From: Blastocatellia bacterium
Lineage (GTDB): Bacteria > Acidobacteriota > Blastocatellia > UBA7656
Length of the DNA: 64,000 nt
Assembly: GCA_963765495.1 (NCBI GenBank)
Contig: CAVXWP010000009.1
Coordinates: 224,001 to 288,000 of the forward strand
Direction: 5' to 3'
This document shows, piece by piece, positions 39,371 to 48,686 of the stretch. Below the pieces are notes generated by a model. It worked only from the letters and a program-made list of their open reading frames with translations, did no database searches and was not told where the DNA came from. The translations under genes and the position numbers were made by a program. Numbering within the stretch: the stretch's first letter is position 1; every line of letters starts with the position of its first letter.

Positions 39371-39397
39371 ACTGATTCCCTCTTGAAGTCTATTGAT

Positions 39398-40225
39398 TTA
39401 GGGCAAAACGAGCGCAGGTTCGACCGTAAGCGATGTAGGCGCGTACGCCTTGGTTGCGCTGAAGCTAAAATCCTGGGTCTTCTTATCATTTGCGCCAACG
39501 GTTACTTTTTGCGTCTGCTCGCCGTACTGCTCGTGCCACGCCACCACGGTGTAATCACCCGGCGGCAGCCCCTTGATCGTGTAAGAGCCGTCCTTGCCGC
39601 TCACGGCAAAAAACGGATGCGGCAATACGCCTATGTAAGCCTGCATCCACGGATGCTGGTTGCATTTAACCGGGATAAGCGTCTCCATTTTGTTGAATTT
39701 CTTCTCTTTGGGTGGTGCGCCCGCAGCCTGCACCTCGTTCCATTCCGGGTTGTTGTGAGGTGTGGGATGGATGTTGTGCGTGGTCTGATCGTTGTTGAGT
39801 ATCTTCAGCGGCTGTCCCGTCTGAACGCCTAAAACGTGCGGATGATAACGGCACGCCTGCTGATCCAGTTCCACATCTTCGGTGGGCGTTTTGTAGCTGT
39901 ATTCATCAGCCGGCCCGCCTTTGACATATACAAAAACATTGGCGAGTTTGCCGTCTGTGACGACCACGTTTTCCGTAGTCTTATCGCCCTGAGCCGAAGC
40001 GCAGAAAGCATCGGCCCCCATCGGGATGGTCTTTGGCGCGGGCGCGTCGCCCTCAAATTTGATCGTGCCTGAGATAGTCCCTTCACTGCCCGTAGCAGCA
40101 TACTCTTTCTTGCCCGATGTTGAACCGCCTCCGCCTTCTGAGGATTCTTCTTTCTTGCCGCAACCGACCAGCAAGAACGACGCAAATACGATCATTAAAC
40201 TGATTGCACCTAGCTTCTTTAACAT
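39398..40225 (-). CDS. Lipoprotein with a cupredoxin-like copper site inside a carboxypeptidase-regulatory-like beta-sandwich
   Basis: Lipobox LLVGC; HNIH...KCNQHPWM; DGSYTIKGLPPGDYTVVAWHE. Confidence 0.8.
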   Translation of the reverse strand: MLKKLGAISLMIVFASFLLVGCGKKEESSEGGGGSTSGKKEYAATGSEGTISGTIKFEGDAPAPKTIPMGADAFCASAQGDKTTENVVVTDGKLANVFVYVKGGPADEYSYKTPTEDVELDQQACRYHPHVLGVQTGQPLKILNNDQTTHNIHPTPHNNPEWNEVQAAGAPPKEKKFNKMETLIPVKCNQHPWMQAYIGVLPHPFFAVSGKDGSYTIKGLPPGDYTVVAWHEQYGEQTQKVTVGANDKKTQDFSFSATKAYAPTSLTVEPALVLP

Positions 40226-40364
40226 TGATTTTCTCCTGACATTATTCAGCCGATTATCCTCGGAACCGAATAACGAAACTGATTATTTTGACATTACGCG
40301 TCCTGACTCCCTCCATCTTGTCGAGATCGGCGAAGTCATTTAATAAAGACTTTCCCCCTAAACT

Positions 40365-43300
40365 CTATGGCGCGCGAACGGAAGCGAAGCCCGTCATCTT
40401 ACCACCAGAGCGGGTAGATTTGCTATTGACGCTGACCGATTTACTGGCCGCTCCGGCAGCCGGGGCGCTCGCGTTCCCCGATCCGCCCACACCGAGCCTT
40501 CCCTGCTCTGCGGGCGTAATCTGGAACATGTAGCGCACGAGCAAATCGGCGTGATCGCGATCATAGTTCTGGAACGAAGGCGGTGTCGGCCCGTTGAAGA
40601 CCCATCGGCCCAACTGTTCATCTCGCCTGAAGAGTTGCGAAGGCATGGACGTACCCGGACTGATAAGCTCGGGATGGACGATCCATCGCTCGGTCCATGC
40701 GGGCTTCAACCTTTCAGGCGCAAGCAGGAAATTTGGCGCGGTCGCCAAAGCGTCGTGCGCAGGATTGCCCGTCATGTGACACTTCAAACAGGGCGCGGCG
40801 TTCGACGTAAACAGCGCGCGAGCCATTCCCTGCTCTTCGGCCGTGAGCGGGTCGAGCCGCTCGGGTATGTACGGCTGCATCTGCGAGCTTGCGCCCATAA
40901 AGAAATTCACAATCGCCTGAAGCTCGTTTGGTGAGAAGCTGAAGGTCGGCATCCGCGCTCTCAAATATCTGCGCACGCCGTTGCGATTCATTCCGGGCTG
41001 CGATTCCAGCTTAGAGCTAGGCAGCATTTGTCCGGCCCCGGCCGCCTGTTCCGGCTGCATCTGTCCCGGCTCTATCTGTCCTGCCGGCTGCGGTTGCCCG
41101 GACCCGCCAGCACCCTGCATATGCGCTGCCAGAGCATTCATGGTCACGGGCTTGAGCGCGCCGGGTGACTGCTGTGCGAGCGAACCGCGCTCCGCGTCTG
41201 TGCTGAGCGAGGGGTCCTTCAAAAATCCCAACAGCCATTCGGGTTTGACCCGCGCACCTTCGCTCGTAAGACGCGGAGGCAGTTTATCCTGCTCGCTGCC
41301 CTGATACATAGGCAGCCCCATAAGCACCGAATCCTGACCGATCAGCACGTTATGGCATCCCATGCAATTGTATTTCTGGACTACCCACCAGCCGTCCTGC
41401 ACATCTTTCTTTCCGCCTTCGGGTGAATAGCGGATAGATTGCGGCAGGTTTGTTACCACGCTTCCGAGCAGGAAGGTGGTCAGCGCCGTAATGTCCTTCT
41501 CTTCGAGGTAAATGTTTGGCATCCTGAGCCGTTCATCGGCTGTTCGCACCTTGCCCACATCATAGATTCCGGGGCTTCGCAGCTTGTATTCGAAAAAGCC
41601 CTTGTGGTCATACCAGTCCTTGCGCGCGACATCCTTGCCCGAGAAAGGATCAACGCCCTTCTTGGCGTCTTCGGTCAACAGGGCGAAATCCAGGCGCTCG
41701 ATTGGCTTGCTTCCTTCGGGCGTCAATTCGGTGCCGATTCGCTGCTCGTCTTCAAGCCCCTTGATCTCGTGGCAGCCGGCGCAACCGTATCTCTTTACAA
41801 GCGCCTCGCCCGTAGCCTTCAGATTCGTATCATCCATGAATGAGGCGTCGGGATAGTCGGGTTCCCTGTGCTTTTGAGCCATCAGAAAAGTCGCGACATC
41901 GCGTGCGTCTTCTTCCGATAGCCGGAAATTAGGCATCACCGTCATGTTGTGAACAAGCATCTCGCGCCCGTCAATCGGGCTCTTCGAATGCTCGTCGTCA
42001 AAGACAAACGGCAGGTTCTTCTTGGCGTAGTCGGCGGGCATAAGATCGCGCTTCTCGCTCGGAGAGTAGGGCGCAAGACGCTGGCGCGGGTTGTGCACCC
42101 AGCGGACTATGTAATCGTAATTGGCCTTCTCTCCTACGCGGGAAAGATTTGCGGCAAACGTGCCGCCTATCTTTTCGTCGCCCATGTCGATGGCGCGACC
42201 GTCAATCGAATGGCAGCCAAGACACCCGAGCGACTTAAACAATTCCTTGCCGTGATTTGCATCGCCCGGCGGCTGCGCGGCTACTTTCGCATCGATGGCC
42301 GATTGCCACAGAAATGCCGAGATGGCCTTTATCTCATCGTCGGCGAGTCGGAAGCTCGGCATCTTGGTCCCGGGTCTGAACGCCTGCGGGTCGCGCAGCC
42401 ACATGGGTATCCATTCTTTGCGCAGCTTGGCTTTGATCTCTTTCAGATTTGGACCGACTTTCTTCTGGTCCTGCATCAGGTACTTGGATTGAATATCAAA
42501 CTCGTCGATGCGCGAGTCGATGCGCGCTATATTCTGGCTCAACTTTGCGATGACCTGATTGATGGCAAGTGATTCGATATCAGGCACGTACTGGGCGGCG
42601 CGGTCGTTGCTTCGCCCCTCGCGCACGTCTTCGAGCGCAAGCTCGTAATCTCTGCGCTCCATCTCCAGTTGCTTGGTGGTCTGGCGGGCATTCGACAGGG
42701 CGTCGCTTTCGCGGTCAAACCCTTCATAACGATGGCAGCCCACGCAGCCGCGATTCTGGAACAGGTCCTTGCCGTGATTGAGCACATCAGCGCCCGCCGT
42801 TATACGGTCGCGGTTGTGACATTGATTGCATCCGGCCTCGACGTTTTCTTTATAGTAGAGCGGCCACAGCCAGTGCTCGTAGCGACCGTGAGCCTTTTCT
42901 ACGGAGGTCGTCCCGCGCCCGTTTCCACCGTGACAGGTCGAGCAGCCAAAGCGTTCGGGGTCGTGCGTCTTTAACAACTCTTTGTTCGGGTGAGAGATAA
43001 AGGCTTTCTCGCCTATCGAATTCTTGTCGGCGGTCAAGGTCAGGGGTTCGCGTACGCCGAGGTGACACGATTCGCATCGGTCTACCAGATCGGCTTCGGC
43101 CACGTGAATCTGCTTGATCCGGTAATCGAACTTCTCCATCTTGGAGGAGAGCAAATCGAGTTGCTGCGGGCTCAGACCTATGAGATGATCCTGAAAATAA
43201 TCGTCGAGCTTCTTTTTCGCTTCGCCTTCGGGCCGGGTAAGCTCTATGCGTTTTGCAGTAAGCTCGGCCTTCTTATCTCGAAGACCGTTATACATCGCTT

Positions 43301-43871
43301 CAAGCTCGAAAAAGTCTTTCTCCTGATCGGCAACCGCGCCGCTATCGTCGTGAACAGAGAAAGAAATTTTCTCTTTCTTCCGTTCTTCGATAGCGTTGCG
43401 AAGTTTCTCTTTTGAACTCTGACTGTCGGCAGATTCAAGCTGATAGTTTTTGGCGGCTATCCACGCGCGCGTATTTTGAAAAGGCTCGGTGATGTCGCTG
43501 ACCTGCTGGTCAATGTGCTTTATCTGATTGTCAATGTCAGTGACTTCGGGTGCCACCTGTTCGTGCGCATCTTTGACGGCCTGTTCGAGTTCCTGATATT
43601 CGGAAGACTCTTTTATCTCTTTTTCGGCATCTCGCTGACCGGGCTTGGCCTTCTTCAGATAAGCCGAATACTTGTCGACGAACTCCGACTGATAGCTTTT
43701 CCACGGACGCTGGCCATAGACCTCGTCAAAGAGCGACCACCCAAGCACTACAATTAATAAGAGCGAAGATATAAGCAGCAGCCCTGACATGGAACTATCG
43801 GCGATAGGGTCGGGCTCAGGAGTATCAGCCGCCCTCTTTTCCAATTGCTCGCTCGTTACTCCATCAGCCAT
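40365..43871 (-). CDS. Membrane-anchored multiheme cytochrome c (8 CxxCH)
   Basis: CESCH, CSTCH, CNQCH, CVGCH, CLGCH, CAGCH, CMGCH, CLKCH; N-terminal TM and coiled-coil stalk. Confidence 0.92.
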   Translation of the reverse strand: MADGVTSEQLEKRAADTPEPDPIADSSMSGLLLISSLLLIVVLGWSLFDEVYGQRPWKSYQSEFVDKYSAYLKKAKPGQRDAEKEIKESSEYQELEQAVKDAHEQVAPEVTDIDNQIKHIDQQVSDITEPFQNTRAWIAAKNYQLESADSQSSKEKLRNAIEERKKEKISFSVHDDSGAVADQEKDFFELEAMYNGLRDKKAELTAKRIELTRPEGEAKKKLDDYFQDHLIGLSPQQLDLLSSKMEKFDYRIKQIHVAEADLVDRCESCHLGVREPLTLTADKNSIGEKAFISHPNKELLKTHDPERFGCSTCHGGNGRGTTSVEKAHGRYEHWLWPLYYKENVEAGCNQCHNRDRITAGADVLNHGKDLFQNRGCVGCHRYEGFDRESDALSNARQTTKQLEMERRDYELALEDVREGRSNDRAAQYVPDIESLAINQVIAKLSQNIARIDSRIDEFDIQSKYLMQDQKKVGPNLKEIKAKLRKEWIPMWLRDPQAFRPGTKMPSFRLADDEIKAISAFLWQSAIDAKVAAQPPGDANHGKELFKSLGCLGCHSIDGRAIDMGDEKIGGTFAANLSRVGEKANYDYIVRWVHNPRQRLAPYSPSEKRDLMPADYAKKNLPFVFDDEHSKSPIDGREMLVHNMTVMPNFRLSEEDARDVATFLMAQKHREPDYPDASFMDDTNLKATGEALVKRYGCAGCHEIKGLEDEQRIGTELTPEGSKPIERLDFALLTEDAKKGVDPFSGKDVARKDWYDHKGFFEYKLRSPGIYDVGKVRTADERLRMPNIYLEEKDITALTTFLLGSVVTNLPQSIRYSPEGGKKDVQDGWWVVQKYNCMGCHNVLIGQDSVLMGLPMYQGSEQDKLPPRLTSEGARVKPEWLLGFLKDPSLSTDAERGSLAQQSPGALKPVTMNALAAHMQGAGGSGQPQPAGQIEPGQMQPEQAAGAGQMLPSSKLESQPGMNRNGVRRYLRARMPTFSFSPNELQAIVNFFMGASSQMQPYIPERLDPLTAEEQGMARALFTSNAAPCLKCHMTGNPAHDALATAPNFLLAPERLKPAWTERWIVHPELISPGTSMPSQLFRRDEQLGRWVFNGPTPPSFQNYDRDHADLLVRYMFQITPAEQGRLGVGGSGNASAPAAGAASKSVSVNSKSTRSGGKMTGFASVRAP

Positions 43872-43894
43872 CTCTTTCCTCCAAGCACTTCGTT

Positions 43895-43973
43895 AGTTTT
43901 GAGTTTTGAGTTTTGAGTTTTGAGTTGATCGGGCTTTTCCAAATTCAAAATTCAAAACTCAAAATTCAAAACT
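43895..43973. repeat. TTTTGAG-family heptamer tandem inverted repeat
   Basis: (AGTTTTG)4 AGTT - spacer - AATTCAAAATTCAAAACTCAAAATTCAAAACT. Confidence 0.9.
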
Positions 43974-43982
43974 TGAGAATCG

Positions 43983-44918
43983 TCAGATGTTGAACCACGG
44001 AGTGACCCAGACATACTTGATGCGGAAGAGCTGCCTTATGAGCAGTTTCGTCGGCATGCTGGCCAGCACCGTGATGGCAAAAAACTGAAAGACGAGGTAT
44101 TGCAAAAGCGTAGTGCGCTCAAAAATCTTCTTCTCAAATTTGCTGCGCGTGATCAGCCAGTGAATGACAAGCCCGGCCAGCAAATAAAACAGAAGCACCA
44201 CCACCGCGCCGAATATTCCCTTCCACGGCTGCCCCGTGATGCCAAAAATGTCCGGCAAATCGCGGTTGACTTCGTAAAGCACTACGTTGTGGTCCCAGGT
44301 CTGACCCGGCCAGAACCAGACCCATCCCGGCCCTCGTATGAAGGTGCCGATTATGATAAGACCTATCCACATGATAAAGCCGAACAGAAACGAGCTTATC
44401 GCCACCTTGCGCTGTTTCCAGGTGTAATAACCTGCCCCGAGCGGGTTCGAATCGACATAAGGGAAAGTCATCAGTCCGGCGATGATGAGGCTCGGCATCA
44501 CGACGCCCGCAATCCAGGGATCGAAATAGACCAGCATCTCCTGCAACCCCAGAAAGTACCACGGCGCTTTCGACGGGTTCATTGTGAGGTTTGGATTTGC
44601 GGGCTCTTCGAGCGGGGCGTTTAGCGTGATCGACCAGACGAATAAAAGGATCGTAACGATGAGGACGGCGAGAAACTCTATGCGAAGCAGAAAAGGCCAG
44701 ACGTGAAGTTCTCTTGCCCAGTGCGGCTTCCACGGCCAGGTCTTGCGATGATGCGTCTTGGCTAGCTTCGGATCGCCTTCGAGTTGTTCGATCAGCCTGT
44801 CGTTGGCCTTCGCCTGGCTGAAACCGAGCCACGCGAAATAAGGAACCAGAAAAAGCATTGCCACGATAGGCACGTTATCCGGGGCCGAAGCAATCACCCA
44901 TAATTGATGCCAGTCCAT
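43983..44918 (-). CDS. Cytochrome b C-terminal half (subunit IV / PetD-like) with extra helices
   Basis: HVWPFLL, APLEEPANP, SKAPWYFLGLQE (Qo-motif position), FPYVD; ATG 44918 after GAGGGAG. Confidence 0.85.
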   Translation of the reverse strand: MDWHQLWVIASAPDNVPIVAMLFLVPYFAWLGFSQAKANDRLIEQLEGDPKLAKTHHRKTWPWKPHWARELHVWPFLLRIEFLAVLIVTILLFVWSITLNAPLEEPANPNLTMNPSKAPWYFLGLQEMLVYFDPWIAGVVMPSLIIAGLMTFPYVDSNPLGAGYYTWKQRKVAISSFLFGFIMWIGLIIIGTFIRGPGWVWFWPGQTWDHNVVLYEVNRDLPDIFGITGQPWKGIFGAVVVLLFYLLAGLVIHWLITRSKFEKKIFERTTLLQYLVFQFFAITVLASMPTKLLIRQLFRIKYVWVTPWFNI

Positions 44919-44939
44919 ACGGTTCTCCCTCACTATCGC

Positions 44940-44970
44940 TCAAATCTCAAATCTGAGATTTGAGATTTGA
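44940..44970. repeat. AAATCTC-family heptamer hairpin
   Basis: TCAAATCTCAAATC-TGA-GATTTGAGATTTGA, a perfect 14-bp stem. Confidence 0.85.
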
Positions 44971-44974
44971 AATC

Positions 44975-45955
44975 CTATTTGACAGATTGCTTGACCGCGC
45001 GCGCACCCGGCGATCTCATTTCGGATTCGAGCATGACGGGGGCGGGGCCGGATATGCCTCCATCCTTGCGCACTCGCCAGAAGTGCACTGCCAGCAGCAC
45101 GCTCACGATCACGGGGATTGCTATGCAGTGCCAGATGTAGCTTCGAAGCAATGCGTTTGCATCGACTATCGAGCCGCCGAGCAATCCGAAGCGCACGTCG
45201 TTATAAGGCGTCATCCCGAGTTGAGCGCCAAACGGCCCCTCGTGACCAAGCCCCGGTGTTGCGCGAGCCATGTTGGTCCCCACCGTCACCGCCCAGAAGC
45301 CGAGTTGATCGTCGGGCAGAAGATAGCCCGTAAAGCTCAACAACAAGGTCAGCACAAGCAGGACTACGCCTACGGCCCAGTTGAACTCGCGCGGTGTCTT
45401 GTAGGAGCCGGTCAGGACTACGCGGAACATGTGCAGCCACGTAGTTATGACCATAAGGTGCGCGCCCCATCTGTGCATGTTGCGAAGCAGCTTTCCAAAC
45501 GGCACATCGTTTTCCAGATAGAGGATGTCTTGATAAGCCTGCCCCTTCGACGGGTGGTAGTAAAACATCAGCAGTATGCCCGTAAACGTCAGCACGATGA
45601 AGAGGTAAAACGTTATTCCGCCCATCCCCCAGGTATAGCTGAAGCGTACCGCATCGCGATTGATCTTTGCCGGGTGCAGATGCAGAAATACGTTTGTGAG
45701 CACCCCGAGCGAGCGAGAGCGCGGCGTGGGTTCGTGCTTGACGCGGAAGATCGATTTATAGACCTGAGTCCTGGTCGGGTCTTTGAGGTTCTCAAGCTCT
45801 TCCTTGACGTTACCCTTGTTGATCTTCTGCTTGAGCAGTTCCAGGTCTTCCTTAAACCCGGTTTTTTCGTCCACAACTTCGACGCCCGCGACCGGCTTGT
45901 CATCAGGCTTTTTGATTTGCGGCTTATCAGGCTTATCAGGCTTATCAGGTTCCAT
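44975..45955 (-). CDS. petB: Cytochrome b N-terminal half (cytochrome b6 / PetB-like)
   Basis: [17 protein letters not shown]...LHMFRV, PREFNW, FTGYLLP, H-x14-H, DGGISGP. Confidence 0.92.
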   Translation of the reverse strand: MEPDKPDKPDKPQIKKPDDKPVAGVEVVDEKTGFKEDLELLKQKINKGNVKEELENLKDPTRTQVYKSIFRVKHEPTPRSRSLGVLTNVFLHLHPAKINRDAVRFSYTWGMGGITFYLFIVLTFTGILLMFYYHPSKGQAYQDILYLENDVPFGKLLRNMHRWGAHLMVITTWLHMFRVVLTGSYKTPREFNWAVGVVLLVLTLLLSFTGYLLPDDQLGFWAVTVGTNMARATPGLGHEGPFGAQLGMTPYNDVRFGLLGGSIVDANALLRSYIWHCIAIPVIVSVLLAVHFWRVRKDGGISGPAPVMLESEMRSPGARAVKQSVK

Positions 45956-46053
45956 ACTTAACTCCCAGATGGCTTATTCGCCCAAAGATTCAGGATGCTT
46001 TTTGGCAAGAACAAATACTGCTGGAACAGCAGAGCCGATTTACACCAGTAGAC

Positions 46054-46770
46054 TTACACCTGCAAGAACGCCCCGGGGTCGTTGAAGTGCGACGTCTCGC
46101 CTTTGGGCCATTGGTAGAGATGGCTCGTATCAACGACGATCTGGCCCGACGGGTCAATCTCGACGTGCGCCCGGTCCATGGGCCGGGGCGCGGGCCCCTC
46201 GAAGTTTATGCCTTCGCTTGTATAGCCGCTGCCGTGACACGGGCATTTGAACTTGTTCTCGCTGGGCTTCCAATCAGGTGTGCATCCGAGGTGAGTGCAA
46301 CGCGCATAGATGACAAAGAGCCGCTCGGCGTTGCGAACGACCCAGACGCGATAGTCCTGTTGGAATTTGGTGTCTACTCCGAAACCGAAGTCCGAGGGGT
46401 AACCGATGCGAAATACAGTACTGGGCTCGAAGAGTGTGCGCGGGAGGAAGAATCGCAGAAACATCAGGAAGCAGGTGGCAAGAAAACCACCTATAGAAAT
46501 CCATATGATGCGGCGGCGCACCTTGTTTACGGGGTCCGGGGGCTCGGTCTCGACCGTTTTGGTCCTGGCACCTGCCGAAGTCCCGACCGCCTTTTGAGCG
46601 GGCTTAGCGGGTTTATCTGCGGTTGTTGCCGATGCCTTTGCCGCCGGTACCGGAGCTTTAGGCTTCACTTCAACCTTTGGCTTTTCTGCTGTTTTCGTCT
46701 CGCCTTCAACTGTTGGCGTTGCTACTTGCTTCTCCTCGACCGTCTGGTTTGTATCTTGCTCGGTGTCCAT
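46054..46770 (-). CDS. Rieske iron-sulfur subunit
   Basis: RRR+TM (Tat-like); CTHLGC and CPCHGSGY; GPAPRPM; low-complexity N-tail. Confidence 0.95.
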   Translation of the reverse strand: MDTEQDTNQTVEEKQVATPTVEGETKTAEKPKVEVKPKAPVPAAKASATTADKPAKPAQKAVGTSAGARTKTVETEPPDPVNKVRRRIIWISIGGFLATCFLMFLRFFLPRTLFEPSTVFRIGYPSDFGFGVDTKFQQDYRVWVVRNAERLFVIYARCTHLGCTPDWKPSENKFKCPCHGSGYTSEGINFEGPAPRPMDRAHVEIDPSGQIVVDTSHLYQWPKGETSHFNDPGAFLQV

Positions 46771-47011
46771 GCCGGAGGTCTCCAAAAAGGCGTCTATAAA
46801 GACGATTATTACAAAAGTTCTGACCTGAGACGCAAGACGCGCCTCTTCGACCTATACTGTATGAAACCTGCATACCGACCATTCAACCTTTTCCTACTTT
46901 GTCGCTGTGACTTCGATATAATGAATTGCTAAGGCTTGTAACATGCGGCCATTACCTTTGTCAAGCAACGCAAAATAGAGAACAGACCTGTATGTTCTGA
47001 CACGCTTGCCA

Positions 47012-47381
47012 ATGCGTGAGACGTGATGCGTGAAGAGTGATTCGTGACTTTCAGACAGGCCGCCTGTCAAAGACCTCTCGCAAGCCTGCTTGCGTCGCGG
47101 ATCACTCTTCACGCATCACTCTTCCAGGGCCATTCAGTTTTTGAGTAGCGGACAACAGACGGAAGAAATGTTAAAAGTTGTATTCAAGCAAAGGCGAGTT
47201 GAAATAGGCCGGGACGGACGCGGATGCGGCGGATTTTCGCGGATCTGACCCAATTAGGTTTAATCCGCGAAAATCCGCCGCATCCGCGTCCGTCCCGGCC
47301 TATTCCCAGTTTCCTTATCTACACTTTGAAAACTGAATGGCCCTGTCACTCTTCACACATCACTCTTCACGCATCACGCAT
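47012..47381. repeat. GTGA-family heptamer inverted repeat interrupted by a MITE
   Basis: GTGA units at 47012-47047; TCAC units at 47102-47124 resuming at 47346-47381. Confidence 0.85.
47125..47345 (+). mobile_element. Complete 221-bp MITE with ISAs1-like ends
   Basis: 17-bp TIR CAGGGCCATTCAGTTTT / AAAACTGAATGGCCCTG; 9-bp TSD TCACTCTTC (47116-47124, 47346-47354); 42-bp perfect internal palindrome arms 47203-47304. Confidence 0.93.
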
Positions 47382-47444
47382 GCCCTTTTGAGATCGCGGC
47401 CCCCGTGCTATAAAGCCTCTGAGCCTCTATCAGGTTATTAACCC

Positions 47445-48389
47445 ATGTCGAAAATGCGAGAAAAAGCGCCTGAGCCGGGCACTGCCGCTGTGCTGGCGGC
47501 TATGGGGTTTGCCGTCATCGCGCTGGCCTTCTCTTCCATATTTATAAGACAACTCGACCGGGCCGGAGTCGCTCCCCTAGCAATAGCTTTTCACCGCATG
47601 ATGCTTGCCACGCTCCTGTTGATCCCGGCGGCGCTCCTGTTCAAGCGGCGCGAAATCATGAGTCTCAACCGTCGCGATCTTTTTCTGCTCGCTCTGGGAG
47701 GCTTCTTTCTTGCCGTCCATTTCGGCGCATGGATCACATCGCTCAGCTATATCCCCATAGCCACTTCTGTAGTGCTGGTAAACAGCCATCCGCTCTTTGT
47801 AGTCGTTGCGTCTTATCTGTTTCTCGGAGAAAGACCCGGACGCCGCAGCCTGTTCGGGACGGCCACGGGGCTTGCGGGGATGATAATAATAAGCGGCGAC
47901 GGGTTGAGGGATGTGCAGCAGGCGCTCGTGGGCGACGCGCTTGCGCTCGTGGGCGCTCTCGCCGTTGTAGGATATTTCATAATAGGTCGCAGCGTTCGCG
48001 CCCGCGTGAGCCTGCTCGGCTATGTCACACCGCTTTACGCCGTCTCGACGGTCTTCCTGCTGGGATGGGCTCTTGGGACATCCACCCGGCTTTATCCCTA
48101 CGAGGCTAAAGAGTGGGCTCTGTTTGCGGCGCTTGCCGTGGTGCCGACGATACTCGGGCACACCGTCTTCAACTGGGCGATCAAACACGTTCGGGCCTCG
48201 GCCATATCAATCGCCTTCTTAGGCGAGCCGGTCATTGCCTCGGCGCTCGCACTGGCCTTCTTTGGCGAACGCCCGCCCCTTGCTACCTTTATCGGCGGGG
48301 CGCTTGTGCTTGCCGGGATATACCTGACCACGTCTTCTCCAAAATCGGCGCGCGCGCAATCGGATCGTCTCACCACGGCTACCGAATGA
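47445..48389 (+). CDS. DMT/EamA-family transporter
   Basis: ~10 TM; LAVHFGAWITSL, GDALAL, LGHTVFNWA, LGEPV. Confidence 0.92.
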   Translation: MSKMREKAPEPGTAAVLAAMGFAVIALAFSSIFIRQLDRAGVAPLAIAFHRMMLATLLLIPAALLFKRREIMSLNRRDLFLLALGGFFLAVHFGAWITSLSYIPIATSVVLVNSHPLFVVVASYLFLGERPGRRSLFGTATGLAGMIIISGDGLRDVQQALVGDALALVGALAVVGYFIIGRSVRARVSLLGYVTPLYAVSTVFLLGWALGTSTRLYPYEAKEWALFAALAVVPTILGHTVFNWAIKHVRASAISIAFLGEPVIASALALAFFGERPPLATFIGGALVLAGIYLTTSSPKSARAQSDRLTTATE

Positions 48390-48457
48390 CCCGACGGGGC
48401 GCGGGCTATATGCGCCTGCCGTATGCTATTATTGCCCAAACAAAAAAGGAGGCTAAA

Positions 48458-48652
48458 ATGGCATCTGACAAAGCCGACCTCTCAAAATTGCGAGAGATTT
48501 TACACACTGCTATGGTCGAAGTAGAGGTGGCCCTTGATACAAACACCTACCCGGATTGGGCCGATACCAAAGAGAGCCTGCTCAGAGCAATCGAGATAGT
48601 TCGCAAACTTGAACGCGATCAGATGTGGACGATGCTCTCAAAGAAAAAATGA
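48458..48652 (+). CDS. Small hypothetical helical protein (64 aa)
   Basis: Strong AAGGAGG RBS before ATG 48458; MASDKADLSKLREIL... Confidence 0.7.
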   Translation: MASDKADLSKLREILHTAMVEVEVALDTNTYPDWADTKESLLRAIEIVRKLERDQMWTMLSKKK

Positions 48653-48686
48653 TCCGTTTTTTGATAAAGTGTTTTGCAAACTTCGC

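Noticed and set aside
45921-45949. 9-bp tandem repeat at the petB 5' end (PDKPDKPDK) and a 15-bp repeat in ctaB
   Set aside because: In-frame low-complexity N-terminal tails with no sign of a switching role
40365-46770. Alternative complex III (Act)
   Set aside because: No ActB molybdopterin-like/FeS or NrfD-like subunits; Rieske and cytochrome b are present instead
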